This document shows positions 1-16,000 of a stretch of DNA of 64,000 bases, piece after piece. The notes beneath the pieces are model-generated. The model saw only the letters and a list, made by a program, of their open reading frames with translations. It was not told the origin of the DNA and made no database searches. The DNA is from the human T2T-CHM13v2.0 reference genome, Homo sapiens. How positions within the stretch are numbered: position 1 is the first letter of the stretch; each line of letters begins with the position of its first letter. The translations under genes and the position numbers were made by a program. The stretch is from NCBI RefSeq assembly GCF_009914755.1, contig NC_060928.1; one strand, written 5' to 3'.

Positions 1-3000
1 ATCCATTCCAATCCATTGCTATCCATTCCACACCACTACATTCCATTCCACTCCACTCCTTTCCGTTCCACTGCATTCCATTCCTTTCCATTCCACTCCA
101 TTCCATTTCGTTCCATTCCACTCCACCCCATTCCACTCTGCTCCACTGTGCTCCACTTCATTCCATTCCATTCCATTGTACTCCATTTAATTCCACTCCA
201 CTCCATTCCATTACACCCCACTCCATTCCACTCCACTCTATTCCACTGCCTTGCATTTCATTCCACTCCATTCCACTCCAATGCATTCCACTCCATTCTA
301 TTACTTTCGACTCCATTTCATTCCACTCCATTCCATTCTATTCCACTCCAATCCATTCCATTCAATTCCACTCCATTCCATTCCATTCCATTCCGTACCA
401 CCCCATTCCATTCCACTCCACTCCATTCCATCCATTCCATTCCACTCCAATCAATTCCATTCCATTCCACTCCACTCCATCTGTCTCCACTGCATTCCAT
501 TCCACTCCACGCCACTCCACTCCATTGCACTACAGTCCACTCCACTCCACTCTACTGAAATCGACTCCATTCCGTTCCACTCCACTCCACTCCACTGCAA
601 GCAATTCCACTCCTCTCCATTCCATTCCAATCTAATCCATACCATTCCAAATCTATTTCATTACATGCCATTCGACTTCATTCCATTCCACTGCACTCCA
701 TTCCATTTCACTTAGTTCCATTCCATTCCATTCCACTCCGTTGCATTCCATTCCATTCCACTCCACTCCATACATCTCCATTCCATTCCGTTTCATTCAA
801 CTCCATTACATTCGATTCCATTCCACTCAAATCCAATCCATTCCACTCCACTGTTTTCCATTCCACTCCACTCCATTCCATTCCACTTCATTCCTTTCCA
901 TTACACTCCATTGCATTCCATTGCATTCAACTCCATTCCATTCCATTTTTTTCAACTTCACGCTACTCCATTTAATTCCGTTACACTCCAGTCCACTACT
1001 ATCCATTCCTTTCCAATCCATTCCACTCCATTCCATTCCATTCCACTCCACTCCATCCCATTCCACTCCACTCCATCCCATTCCACTCCACTCCTTTCCG
1101 TTCCAATCCATTCTATTCCATTCCATTCCACTCCATTCCACTGCACTCCATTCCATTCCATTCCATTCCATTCCATTCCATTCCATTCCAAACGAATCCA
1201 CTCGTCTCCACTCCATTCCATTCCACTCCATTCCATTCCACTCCATTCCATTCCACTCCACTCCATTCCACTCCAATCCATTCCACTCCACTCCATGGAA
1301 CTCCACTCAATTCCAATCCATTCCTTTCCACTCCATTCCACTCCTCTCCACTCCTTTCCATTCCAATCCAATCCATTCCACTCCATTCCATTCCGCTCCA
1401 CTCCAATCCATTCCATCCCATTCCATTCCACTCAACTCCACTCCACTCTATCCCATTCCATTCCATTTCAGTCCACTCCACTCCAATCAATTCCACTCTA
1501 CTCCACTCCTCTGCACTCCACTGCACTCCATTCCAGTCCACTCCACTCCAATCCTTTCCACTCCTCTACATTCCACTCAACTCCAATCTTTTCCACTCCA
1601 CTCCATTCCCTTCCACTCCATTCCAATCCACTCCATTCTACTCCACTCCATTCCATTCCATTCCACTCCATTTCATTCAATCCATTCCACTCCACTTCAA
1701 TCCATTCCACTCCACTCCATTCCTATCCACTCTACTCCACTCCACTCCATTCTATTCCAACCTATTCCACTCCATTCCATTACACTCTATTCCACTAAAA
1801 TCCATTCTACTCCACACCATTACATTCCATTCCATTTCACTCCACACCACTCCACTCCACTCAACTACATTCCCTTCCACTCAATTCCACTGCATTCTAT
1901 TCCACTCAACTTCACTCCTCTTCACTCCACAACACCCTTTTCCTGTCTATTCCATTCCACTCCACTCCATTTCTTTCCATTACACTCCACTTTATTGCAT
2001 TACATTCAATTCCACTCCATTCCTTTCCATTCCACTCTACTCCGTTTCTTGCCATTCCACTCCACTTTATTCCATTCCATTCAATTCCACTCCATTCCAT
2101 TCCATTCCACACCAATCCACTCCACTCCATTCCACTCCACTCTATTCCATTCAAATCCACTCCATTCCACTCCACTCCATTCTATTCCACTCCCCTCCAT
2201 TCCATTCCACTCCGTCCCATTCCATTCTATTCAACTCCATTGCATTCCATTCCATTCCACCCCACTTCACTCCTTTCCATTCCGTTGCACTCCACACCAC
2301 TACACTCCGTTGCTTTCCAATCCATTCCATTCCATTGCTATCCATTCCACACCACTCCATTCCATTCCACTCCTCTCTTTTCCGTTCCAATCCATTCCAT
2401 TCCATTCCTTTCCACTCCATTCCATTCTGTTCCACTCCACTTCACTCCATTCCACTCCTCTCCACTGTGCTCCACTTCCTTCCATTCCATTCCATTCCAC
2501 TCCATTCAATTCCACTCCACTCCATTCCCTTCCACCCCACTCCATTCGACTCCACTCTATTCCACTGCCTTGCATTTCATTCCCCCACACTCCATTCAAC
2601 TCCGCTCTATTCCACTGCCTTACATTTCATTCCACTCCATTCCATTCCACTTCACTCCATTCCACTCCAATGCATTCCACTCCATTCTATTCCTTTCAAC
2701 TCCATTCCATTCCACTTCACTCCATTCCATTCCACTCCACTCCATTCCATCCATTCCATTCCACTCCAATCAATTCCATTCCATTCCACTCCACTACTTT
2801 CAACTCCACTGCATTCCATTCCACTCCACGCCACTCCACTCCATTGCACTACAGTTCACTCCACTCTACTGAAATCAACTCCATTCCGTTCTACTCCACT
2901 CCACTCAACTGCAGTCAATTCCACTCCACTCCATTCCATTCCTATCTAATCCATTCCATTACATTCCATTCGACTTCATTCCATTCCACTGCACTCCATT

Positions 3001-6000
3001 CCATTTCACTCCGTTCCATGCCATTCCATTCCACTCCACTCCATTCCTTTCCACTCCGCTCCATGACACTCCACTCCATTAAACTCCACTCCCCACCTCT
3101 CCACTCCATTCCATTCCAGTCCACTCCATTCTACTCCATTCCTTTCCATTCCATTCCATTCCATTCCACTCCACTCCACTCCATTCCACTCCACTGCACT
3201 CCACTCCATTTCATTTCATTCCATTACATTACAATCCTCTCCATTCAATTCCTTTCCTTTCCATTCCATTGCACTCCATTAAATTCACTCCACTCAATTC
3301 CATTCCACTCCACTCCCATCCATTCAATTCCATTCCATTCCATTCCATTCCATTCCATTCCATTGCACTCCACTCCATTCCATTCCACTCCAGTCTACCG
3401 CACTCTACTTCATTCCATTCCACTCCTACTCCTTTCCATTCCACACCACTCCAGTCAATTCTACTGCATTCCCCTCCATTCATTTCATTTCACTACATTC
3501 CACTCCACTCCACTCCACTCTAGTCCACTCCTCTCCATTCCATTCCAAACCACTCAATTCCATTCCTCTCTACTCCAATCTATTCCACTCCAATTCATTC
3601 CAATCCACTCCACTCCATTTGACTCCTCTCAATTCCATTGTACTCCACTCAATACCATTTCATTCCACTCCATTCCATTCCACTCCACTCCATTCCATTC
3701 AACTCCATTCCACTCCACTACAATCCAATCAATTTCACTCCCTTCCATTCCAGTCCACTCCATTCGACTCCACTCTTCTCTACTCCTCTCCAGTCCACTC
3801 CATTCCATTCCTCTCCAGTCCATTTTATTCCTTTCCAGTGCATTCCATTCCACTCCATTGCACTTCATTCCTTTCCTGTCTATTCCATGCCATTCCATTC
3901 AATTCCATTCCATTCCTTTCCTGTCAACTCCACTCCATTCCTCTCCACTCTCCTCCACTCATTTCCTCTGCAATCTATTTCTCTTGACTCCTTTCCACTC
4001 CGGTACATTCCATTCCATTCCATTCCATTCCATTCCACTTCTCTCCATTCGATTCAACCCCATAATACTCCACTCCAGTACACTATTCTCCACTGCACTC
4101 CATTGCATTCCATTGCATTCCATTCCTTTCCATTTCATTCCTTTCCATTCCATTCCACTCCACTCCACTCCAGTCCACTCCACTCCACTCCAATCCATTC
4201 CATTCCATTCCATTCCACTGTACTCCACTCCATTCCTCTCCACTCCATTGCACTCCACCTGACTCCATTCCATTCCATTCCATTCTATTCCATTCCATTC
4301 CATTCCATTCCATTCCAGTACACTCCATTACACTCCATTGTATTCCACTCCACTCCACTCCATTCCATGCCTTTCTATTCCATTCCTTTCTATTCCATTC
4401 TGTTCCACTCCACTCCATTCCATTGCACTCAACTCCACTCCATTCCACTCCATTCCACTCCACTCCATTCCATTCCATTCCATTTTACACCACTCCACTC
4501 CAAATCCATTCCATTCTATTCCACTCCAATCCACTGCACTCCATTCCTTTGCAATCCATTCAACTCCATTCCATTGAATTGCCCTCCACTCCTGTCCATT
4601 CCATTCCACTCCTTTCCTTTCCAATCCGTTCCCTTCCATTCCATTAAACTCCATTCCATTCCGTTCCACTCCATTCCATTCAACTCCACTCCACTCCTTT
4701 CCATTCCGTTGCGTTCCATTAAATTCCATTCCACCCCAATCCACTCCACTGCACTCCATTCCATTCCACTCCACCCTATTCCTCTCCAATCCACTCCATT
4801 GCACTCCACTCCATAAAACTCCACTCCATTCCATTCCAGTACACTCCATTCTACTCCATTCCTTTCCATTCCATTCCATTGCACTCTAATCTACTCCATT
4901 CCACTCCACTGCACTCCACTCTATTCCAATTGATTCCGTTGCTTTACATTCCTCTCCATTCTATTCCATTCCATTCTATTCCATTCCTTTACACTCCATT
5001 AAATTCCACTCCACTCAATTCTATTCCACTCCACTCCCATCCATTCCATTCCATTCCATTCCATTCCACTCCATTGCACACAACTCCTTTCCATTCCATT
5101 TCACTCAACGTCATTCCATTCCACTACAATCCACTCCAGTCCACTAAATTTCACTTCACTCCAATCCATTCCATTACACTCCACTCCACATAAATCCACT
5201 GCTTTCTACTCCATTCATTCTATTCCACTAGATACCCCTCCACTCCACTACACTCCATTACATTCAATTCCATTCCACTGAACTCAATTCCACTGCATTA
5301 CATTCAATTCCATTCCACTGCACTCAATTCCACTCATTCCACTCAACTCCATTCCATTCCATTCTATTCCACTCCACTCCACTCCATTTCACTCCACTGC
5401 ATTTCATTCCAATACTCTCCACTCCGCTCCACTCCACTCCATTCCACTCCACTCCACTCCCCTCCACTCCACTCCCCTCTATTCCACTCCACCCCGTTCC
5501 ATTCCACTCCACTACATTCTGTTCCATTCCCTTCTTCTCCACTCCTGTCCTTTCCTCTCCACTCTACTCCACTACATTCCATTCCAATCCACTCCATTCC
5601 ATTCCACTCTATTCCACTCCACTCCACTCAATTCCACTCCACTCTTTTCGAGTCCACTCCACTCCACCCCATTCCATTCCAATCCATTCCACTCCACTCT
5701 AATCCAATCCTCTCCCTTCCATTCCAATCCACTCAGTTCCATTCCACTCCATTCCATTCCATTCCACTTCACTTCATCCCATTCCACTCCATTCCACTCC
5801 ACACCACTCCACCCACTCCACTCTACTCCACACCCTCCATTCCATTCCAGTCCACTCCATTCCCTTCCAGTACATCTAACTGCAGTCCATTAAATTCCAC
5901 TCCACTCCAAACCACTCCATTCCATTCCACTCATATACATTCCTTTCCATTCCTCTCCACTCTTTTCGACTCCACTCCACTCCATTCCATTCCACTCCAC

Positions 6001-9000
6001 TCCACTCCCTTCCACAACGCCACATCCTATTCCATTCCATTCCACACCATTCAATTCCTTTCCATTCCATTCCACTCCACCTCATTACTCTCCCCTACAC
6101 TCCATTCCACTCCACTCCATTCCACTCCACTCCATTCTACTCCTTTCCATTCCTCTCCACACCATTCCACTCCAATCAATTCCTTTCAATTCCTTTGCAT
6201 TCCATTCCACTCCATATCATTCTATTACACTTCACTCCATTACACTCCAGTCCACTCCACTCCACATCAATCCACTGCACACCAGTAGACTCCATTCCGT
6301 TGCATTCCTTTCCATTCCATTACATTCCACTCCACTCCATTCCATTCCGTTCCATTCCATTCCATTCCACGCCACTCCACTCCAATATAGTCCACTCCAA
6401 TCCACTCTGTTTGCTTCCATTCCTCTCCAATCCAATCCACTCCACTGCATTCCACTCCATTCCACACCACTCCACTCCAATGCAGTCCACTCCAATCCAC
6501 TCTGTTCCCTTCCATTCCACTCCAATCCAATCCACTCCACTGCATTCCATTCCATTCAACTTCATTTCATTCCATGATGTTCCACTCCATTGCCTTCCGT
6601 TGTATTCCATTCCTTTCCATTCCTCTCAATTCCACTCCATTCCACTCCATTCCACTCCACTCCTCTCTGTTCCACTCCAATCTACACCACTCCACACCAC
6701 TCCATTCCATTACATCCCTTTCCGTTCCATTCCATTCCACTCCACTCCACTCCATTCCATTCCACTCAACTCCCCTCAATTCCACTGCCCTACACTGATT
6801 TCCTCCACTCCACTCCTTTTCATTCCGTTCCACTTCATTTCACTCCACTCCACTCTATTCCAGTTCACTCCATTCCTATCCACTCTGCTCCTCTCCACTC
6901 CACTCCATTGCACTCCATTCAATTCCATTCCACTCCACACCCTCAATTCAACTCCACTCCATTCCACTCCACTCCATTCAACTCCACTCCTTTCCATTCC
7001 ATTTCATTACATTCAGTTCCATTTCACTCCAATCCATTCCATTCCACTCCACTCCACTCTTTCCCCTCCATTCCACTCCATTGCATTCTTCTCCACTCCA
7101 CTCCACACCACTCCATTTCTCACCACTCTGCTCCATTTCATGCCATTCCCTTCCACCCCACTCCACTCCATTCCATTCCAGTTCATTCTACTCCATTGCA
7201 TTCCACTCCACTCCATTCTACTCCATTGCATTCCACTCCACCCTATTCTATTCCAGTCCATTCCATTCCAATCCATTCCATCCCATTCCATTCGACTCCA
7301 TTCCACTCCACTCCACTCCATTATGTTCCACTCCACTCCATTCCACTGCATTCCACTCCATTACATTCTACTCCACTCCACTCTGCTCCACTCCACTCCA
7401 TTCCATTTCACTCCACTCCACTCCATTCCATTCCATTCCACTCCATTCCAATCCATTCCATTCTCTTCCATTCCATTCTACTCCAATCCATTCCATTCCA
7501 CTCCATTGTGCTCCACTCTGTTCGAATCAATTCCTCTCCATTCTAGTCCACTACTTTCCATTCCCTTCAAAACGAGTTCACACCGCTCCACTCCATTCCA
7601 CTCCATTCCATTTCACACCATTCCACTCCATTCCATTCCATTCCACTCCATTCCATTCCACTCCATTCCATTCCAATCTACTCTGGTTCATTTCATTTAC
7701 TCTCCTCCACTCCATTCCATTCCATTCCATTCCATTCCATTCCATTCCAATCCACTCCATCCCACTACTCACCATTTCATTCCATTCCATTCCATTCCAC
7801 TGCAGTCCATTCCTTTCCATTCCACTCCTCTCCACTCCATTCGCCTCTATTCCATTCTAGTCCATTCAATTCAATTCAATTCCAGACCACTCCATTCCAC
7901 TCCACCCCAGTCCACTGCACTCCATTGTACTCCACTCCACTCACTTCAATTCCACTCCACTCCATTCTATTCTATTCTACTACTTTCCATTCCGTTCAAC
8001 TCCATTCCATTCCAGTCCACTCTACTCCACTGTCCTACACTCCATTCCATTCCATTCTTTGCCATTGCATTCCATTCCATTACATTACATTCCCTTCCAT
8101 TCAACTCTCTCCATTCCACTCCACCCCTCTCTGCGCCACTCTGCTCCACTCAATTCCACTTCTCTCAATTCCACTCCACTGCTTTGCATTCCATTCCATT
8201 GAACTCCGTTTCATTCGAGTCCACTCCATTCCTAAGCATTCCACTCCATTCCACATCATTCCATTCCTTTCCCTTGCTTTCCATTCCATTCCACTCCACT
8301 CCATTCCATTCCATTCCATTCCATTCCATTCGACTCCACTCCACTCCGTTCCACTTCACTCTTCTCCATTCCACTTCACTCCCTTCCGTTCCTCTCCGTT
8401 CCATTCCACTCCACTCCACTGCATTCCAGTCCACTCCATTCTATTGCATTCCATTCCATTCCACTCCATTCCATTCCAAACCATTCCATTCCACTCCATT
8501 CAATTCTGCTCCATTCCATTCCACTTCACTCCACTCCATTCCATTCCACTGCACTCCACCACACTCCACTCCACCCCATTCCAATCCACTCCAATCCATT
8601 CCACTCCATTCCATCCCATTCCATTTCATTCCATTCTATTCCATTCCACTCAATTCCATTCAACTCCTCTCCATTCCACTCCATTCCATTCCTCTCCACT
8701 CCACTTAACTCCACTCCACTCCATTCCATTATATTCCATTCCATTCCACTCCATTCCATTTCATTCCATACCACTCCACTCCATTCTATTCTCCTCCACT
8801 CCACTCCGTTCCACTCCACTCCATTCCATTCCACTCCACTCATTTGCATTCTATTCTATTCAACTTCACTCCATTCCATTCCACTCCACACTGCGACATT
8901 CTGTTCCATTCCATTCCACACCAATCCATTCCATTCCCCTCTGTTCCACTCCACACCACTCCACTCCATTCCATTCAATTCCATTCCACTCCATTCCATT

Positions 9001-11280
9001 CCATGCCACTCCTGTCCTTTCCAATGCATTCCATTACGCTCCATTCCATTCCGCACTACACCATTCCACTCCACTCCACTCCTTTCCACACCACTCCACT
9101 GCACTCCATTACACTCAATTACCCTCCACTGCACTCAATTACACTCCATTCCACTCAACTCCATTCCATTCTATTCCATTCCATTCTATTCCACTCCACT
9201 CCAGTCCATTTCACAACACTCCTTTTCATTCCAATACTCTCCACTCCACTCCATTCCATTCCACTCCAATCCTGTCCACTCCCCTCTACTCCACTCCACT
9301 TCATTCCATTCCGGTCTACTCCTTTCCATTCCATTCCCTTCTTCTCCACTCCAGTCCTTTCCACTCCACTCTACTGCACTACATTCCATTGCAATCCAAT
9401 CCTTTCCATTCCACTCTATTCCACGCTACTCCACTCAATTCCACTCCACTCCATTCGTTTCCACTCCGCTCCACTCGATTCCATTCCATTCAACTCCACT
9501 CCACTACACTCTAATCCACTCCACTACATTCCATTCCTATCCACTCCACTCCATTCCATTCTATTCTACTCCACTCCGTTCCATTCCACTCCACTCCATT
9601 CCATTCTACTTCACTTCATTCCATTCCACTCCATTCCACTCCATACCACTCCACCCATTCCACTCTACTCCACCCCCTCCATTCCATTCCAGTCCACTCC
9701 ATTGCCTTACAGTACATCCCACTCCAGTCCATTCAATTCCACTCCACTCCAATCCACTCCATTCCATTCCACTCAACTACATTCCTATCCAATTCTCTCC
9801 ACTCCATTCGACTCCACTCCACTCAATTCCACTCCAATCCATTCGATTCCACTCCACTCCATTCCATTCCATTCCACTCCACTCCAGTCCACTCTACTCC
9901 AGTGCACTCCACTCCATTCTTTTCCATTCCTTGACATTGCATTATATTCCATTCCATTCATCTCTCTCCATTCCACTCCACTCCACTCTTTTGCACTCCA
10001 CTCCATTCAAATCCATTGCATTCCATGCCACTTCTCTCCATTCCATTCTATTCTATTCCACTCCATTCCATTCTTCTCCACTCCATTTCATTCCACTCCA
10101 CTCCATTCCAATCCTTTGCACTCCATTCCACTCCATTCCATTCCCTTCCATTCCATTCCACTCCACTCCATTCAACTCCATTCCATTCCACTACAATGCA
10201 CTGCATTCCATTCCACTCCAATGCACTCCATTCCACTCCACTCCATTCCATTCCACTGCACTCCACTTCTCCCCACTCGATTCCACTACACTACACTCCA
10301 CTCCACTCCATTCCAGTCCATTCCTCTCCACATCACTCCATTCCACTCCACTCCATTCCATTCCAATCCACTTCACTCCAATGCACTTCATTCCTTTCCA
10401 TTTCTCTCCATTCCCTTCCACTCCACTCTACTCTTCCCCACCATTCCGTTCCACTCCACTTCATTCCATTCAACTCCTCTCCATTACATTCCACTCCATT
10501 CCACTCCACTCCACTTCTTTCCAATCAATGCAAGTCCATTCCACTCCATGCCACTCCATTCCACTCCTCTCCATTCCACTCCATTCTGTTCAACTCCTTT
10601 CTATTTCACTCCATTCCATTCCACTCCGCGCCATTTTATTCCACTCCACTTCATTCCATTCCACTCCTTTCCACGCTACTGCATTCCATTGTACTCCATT
10701 CCACTCCACTCCAATCCATTCCTCTCCACTCCATTCCATTCCACTGCACGCCACTCAGTTCCTCTCCACTCCATTCCCTTTCACCCCATTCCATTCCACC
10801 CCATTCCATTCCATTCCATTCCGTTCCATTCCTTTCCATTCCATTCCACTCCAGTCTATTCCATTCAATACCATTCCATCCCATTCCATTGCATTCCACT
10901 CCATTCTATTCCATTCCAATCCATTTCATTCCGTTCCATTCCATTGCATTGAATTCCATTCCACTTCACTCCATTGCTTTCCTCTTGACTCCACCCATTT
11001 CCATTCCATTCCTTTCCATCCCATTCTATTCCATTCCATTCTATTCCATTACATCCATCTGCATTCCATCACATTTCAATACAAACGATTCCATTCCACT
11101 ACACTCCTCTTCATTCCATTCCATTCCATTGCATTCCATTCCATTCCACTCTGTTTCATTCCATTCCATTCCAATGCATTCCATTCCAATCCATTCCAAT
11201 CCTTTCCAATCCACTCCATTCCATTCCATTCCACTCCACTCCACTACATTCTATTCCATTCCATTCCATTCCATTCTATT

Positions 11281-11520
11281 CCATTCCATTCCACCCCACT
11301 CCATTCTATTCCATTCCAGTCCACTCCACTCCATTCTAGTCCATTTCATTCCATTCTAGTCCACTCCACCACATTTCATTCCATTCCATTCCATTCCATT
11401 CCACCCCACTCCACCCCACTCCATTCTATTCCATTCCAATCCACTCCACTCCATTCTAGTCCATTTCATTCCATTCTAGTCCACTCCACCACATTTCATT
11501 CCATTCCATTCCATTCCATT
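11281..11520 (+). repeat. Near-perfect 120-bp tandem duplication within HSat3
   Basis: ccatttcattccattctagtccactccaccacatttcatt at 11341 and 11461. Confidence 0.88.
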
Positions 11521-12559
11521 CCACTTCACTCCACTCCACTATAATCCCCTCCTCTCCATTCCATTCCATTCCTTTCCATTACTTTCCGTTACATTAAATT
11601 CCATTGCATTCCATTCCATTACACTCCACTCCTTTCTATTCCACCCCACTGCATTCCATTCCATTAAATTCCATTCGATTGCATTCCTTTCCATTTCAAT
11701 CCCTTCCATTGCATTCCATTCCATTACACTCCACAGCACTCCACTCGAATCCATTGCATTCCATTTCATTCCATTCCATTCCACTCCATTCAATTCCATT
11801 CCTTTGCATTCCATTCAACTTCATTCCACTCCATTTCGTTGCATTGCATTCCAGTCAATTCCTTTCCATTCAATTCCATTTCATTCTATTCCACTCCACT
11901 CCACTCCATCTCATTCCACTCCATTGCATTCCACTCCACTCCACTCCACTTCAATCGAATCCATTGCATTGCATTCCATTCCACTTCACTACATTCCATT
12001 CCATTCCCTTCCATTTCACTGCATTCTAATCCACTCCATTCCACTCCATCCCATTCCACTCCATTGCATTCCACTCCACTCTACTCCACTTCACTCGATT
12101 CCATTGCATTCCATTCCATTCCATTCCACCCCTCTCCATTACTTTCCCTTCCATTAGACTCCATTCTAATCCCCTCCATTCCATTGCACCCCATTCGTTG
12201 CCATTCCACTCCGTTTCATTCCATTCCAATCGACTCCACTCCATTCAATTCCATTCCACACCACTCCATTCCACTACACACCTTTCCATTCCATTCCTCT
12301 CCTTTTCATTCCATTCAGTTCCATTCCATTTCACTCCATTCCATTCCAATCCACACCATTCCTTTCTATTCCACACCATTCCATTCCACTCCTTTTCTTT
12401 CCACTTCTCTCCATTCCATTCTAATCCACTCCATTACAATCCAATCCATTTTACTCCATTCAATTCCACTCCAATCCACTCCATTCCATTCCATTCCATT
12501 GCATTCCATTCCATTCCACTCCATTCCATTCCATTCCACTCCATTCCACGGCATTCCAT

Positions 12560-13085
12560 ACTACTCCACTCCACTCCATTCCACTGCGTTCCATTCCATT
12601 CCATTCCATTCCACTCCACTCCATACCATTCTGTAGTATACCATTCCATTCCCTTCCATTCCATTTCTTTCCATTCCATTCCATTCCACTATGCTCTCCT
12701 CCACTCCAGTCCACACCTCCCCATTCCATCCCATTCCCTTCCATTCCACTCCACTCCATTCCATTCTTTTCCATTCCATTCCATTCCACTCCATTTTATT
12801 CAATTCCATACCACTCCACTCCACTCCACTCCACTCCATTCCACTGCATTCCATTCCATTCCATTCCATTCCACTCCACTCCATACCATTCTGTAGTATA
12901 CCATTCCATTCCCTTCCATTCCATTTCTTTCCATTCCATTCCATTCCACTATGCTCTCCTCCACTCCAGTCCACACCTCCCCATTCCATCCCATTCCCTT
13001 CCATTCCACTCCACTCCATTCCATTCTTTTCCATTCCATTCCATTCCACTGCATTTTATTCAATTCCATACCACTCCACTCCACT
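12560..13085 (+). repeat. Near-perfect 260-bp tandem duplication within HSat3
   Basis: ctgtagtata at 12631 and 12891; atgctctcct at 12691 and 12951. Confidence 0.9.
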
Positions 13086-16000
13086 CCAATCCACTCCATT
13101 CCATTCCGTTCCATTCCATTCCATTCCATTCCATGTCGTTCCATTACTTTCCATTCAATTCCACTCCAATCCATTCCATTCCATTCCATTCGTTTCCATT
13201 CTTTTCCATTTTACTCCATTCCATTCCATTCACTTCCATTCCATTCCAATCAATTCCATTCCATTCCATTCCAAACAACTCCATTCCATTACATTCCCCT
13301 CCACTCATTTCCATTCCATTACACTCCACTACATTCCAGTCCTTTCCACTCCTCTACACTCCACACCATTCAATAACACTCGACTCCACTCCATTCCATT
13401 CCACTCCATTCCATTCCGCTCCATTCTGTTGCACTCCACTCCATTCCATTCCACTCAATTTCACTCTATTCTATTCCACTCCTCTCCACTCCACTCCAAT
13501 CCATTCCATTCCATTCCACTCCACTCCACTCCATTCCATTCGATTCCATTACTCTCCATTCCACTCCACTCCATTCCAATCCATTCCACTCCATTCCACT
13601 GCATTCCATTCCACTCCACTCCACTCCATTCCACTGCATTCCATTCCATTCCATTCCACTCCACTCCATACCATTCTATAGTAACCTATTCCATCCTATT
13701 CCATTTCATTACATTCCATTCCATTCCACTATGCTCTTCTCCACTCCAGTCAACACCTCAGCATTCCATCCCATTCCCTTCCATTCCACTCCACTCCATT
13801 CCATTCTATTCCATTCCATTCCATTCCATTCCACTCCACTTTATTCAATTCCGTACCACTCCACTCCGCTTCACTCTAATCCACTCCATTCCATTCCATT
13901 CCATTCTATTCCGTTCCGTTCCATTCCGTTCCATTCCTTTCCATTCAATTCCACTCCACTCCATTCCTTTAAATTCCATTCCTTTCCATTCCGTTCCATT
14001 TTACTCCACTCCATTCTTTTCCATTCCCTTCCATTCCATTCCACTCCATTCCCTTCCACTCCATTCCAAACAACTCCATTCCATTACATTCCCCTCTACT
14101 CATTTCCATTCTATTACACTCCACTACATTCCAGTCCTTTCCATTCCGCTACACTCCACACCATTCCATAACACTCCACTACACTCCATTCCATTCCACT
14201 CCATTCCATTCTGCTCCATTCCATTGCACTCCACTCCATTCCGTTCCACTCCATTTCACTCTATTCTATTCCAATCCTCTCCACTCCACTCCAATCCATT
14301 GCATTGGAATCCACTCCACTCCATTCTATTCCATTCCATTCCATTCCATTCCATTCCACTCCGCTATATTCTACTCCATTCCACCTCACTTCATTCCTTT
14401 CAATTCCATTCATCTCCACTCTACTCCATTACACTCTTTTCCATTCAACTCCGTTCCATTCCACTCAACTGCTTTCCATTCCATTCCACTGCTCTACATT
14501 CGACTCCATTCCACTCCATTCTACTCTACTCCATTCCATTCCATTTACTTCCATTCCATTAAATAGAATTCCATTCAGTTCCATTCCACTCCACGCTACT
14601 CCACTCCGCAACTTTCCATTCCACTGCATTGCATTCTATTACAATCCATTCCATTGCATTCCAATCTACTCCATTCCATTCCACTCTAGTCCACTCCATT
14701 CCGTTCCATTCCTTTCAATTACATTCCACTCATCTGCATTCCATTCCATTCCAGTAAACTCCATATCATTCTATAGTGTTCCATTCCATTCCATTCCTTT
14801 CCTTTGCATTCCAATCCACTATTCTCTACTCTACTCCAATCCCCTCATCTCCATTCCATCCCCTCCCATTCCATTCCATTCCACTCCAATCCATTCAATT
14901 CCATTCCACTCCATTCCTTTCCATTCCATTCCTTTCCATTCCTCTCCATTCCATTCCATTCCATTCCACTCTATTCGATTCCATTCAATTCTGCTCCTCT
15001 CCATTCTATTCGATTCCACTCCACTCCAGTCCAATCCATTCCATTCCATTTCATTCCAATCCATTCCACCCCATTCTATTCCATTCCATTCCATTCCATT
15101 CCATTGCATTGCATTCCATTCCATTGCATTCCGTCCCATTCCATTGCATTGCATTCCATTCCATTCCATTCAATTGTATTCCCTTACATTATATTCCACA
15201 GCACTCCACTCGAATCCATTGCATTCCATTTCATTCCATTCTATTCCACTCCACTCAATTCCATTCCTTTGCATTCCATTCCACCCCATTCCACTCCAAT
15301 TCGATGCATTTCAATACATTCAATTCTGTTCCATTCAATTTCATTCCTCTCTATTCCACTGCACTCCATTCCACTCCATTCCATTCCATTCCTCTCCACC
15401 CCACTCCATTCCATTTCATTCCATTCCATTCCACTCCAGTACATTGAATTCCATTCCATTAGACTCCATTCTATTCCACTGCATTCCATTGCATTCCATT
15501 AAATGCCATTCCACTGCATTTCATTCCATTCCACTCCACTCCATTCTATTCCATTCCACACTACTCCACTGCACTCCAAAGCTTTCCATTCTATTCCTCT
15601 CCATTCCATTCCATTCAACTCCAGTCCATTCCTCTCCACTCCATTGCATTCCACACAACTGCATTCCATTCAACACCATTCCATTCCACTCCATTTGTTT
15701 CCAGTCCACTCCATTCCGTTCCACTCCACTTCCTTCCACTCCTTTCCATTCCACTCCTTTCCATTTCAGTCCACTCTACTCCACCCCACCCCATTCCATT
15801 CCATTGCATTCCATTCATTTCCATTCCATTCCACTCCATTACAATGGATTACATTCCATTCCACTCCACTCCACTCCATTCCAATGCATTAGATAACATT
15901 CCATTCCACTCAAATCCATACCATTCTATAGTTTTCAATTCCATTGCTCTCCATTCCATTCCCTTCCATTCCATTCCGTTCCACTATACTCTTCTCCACT

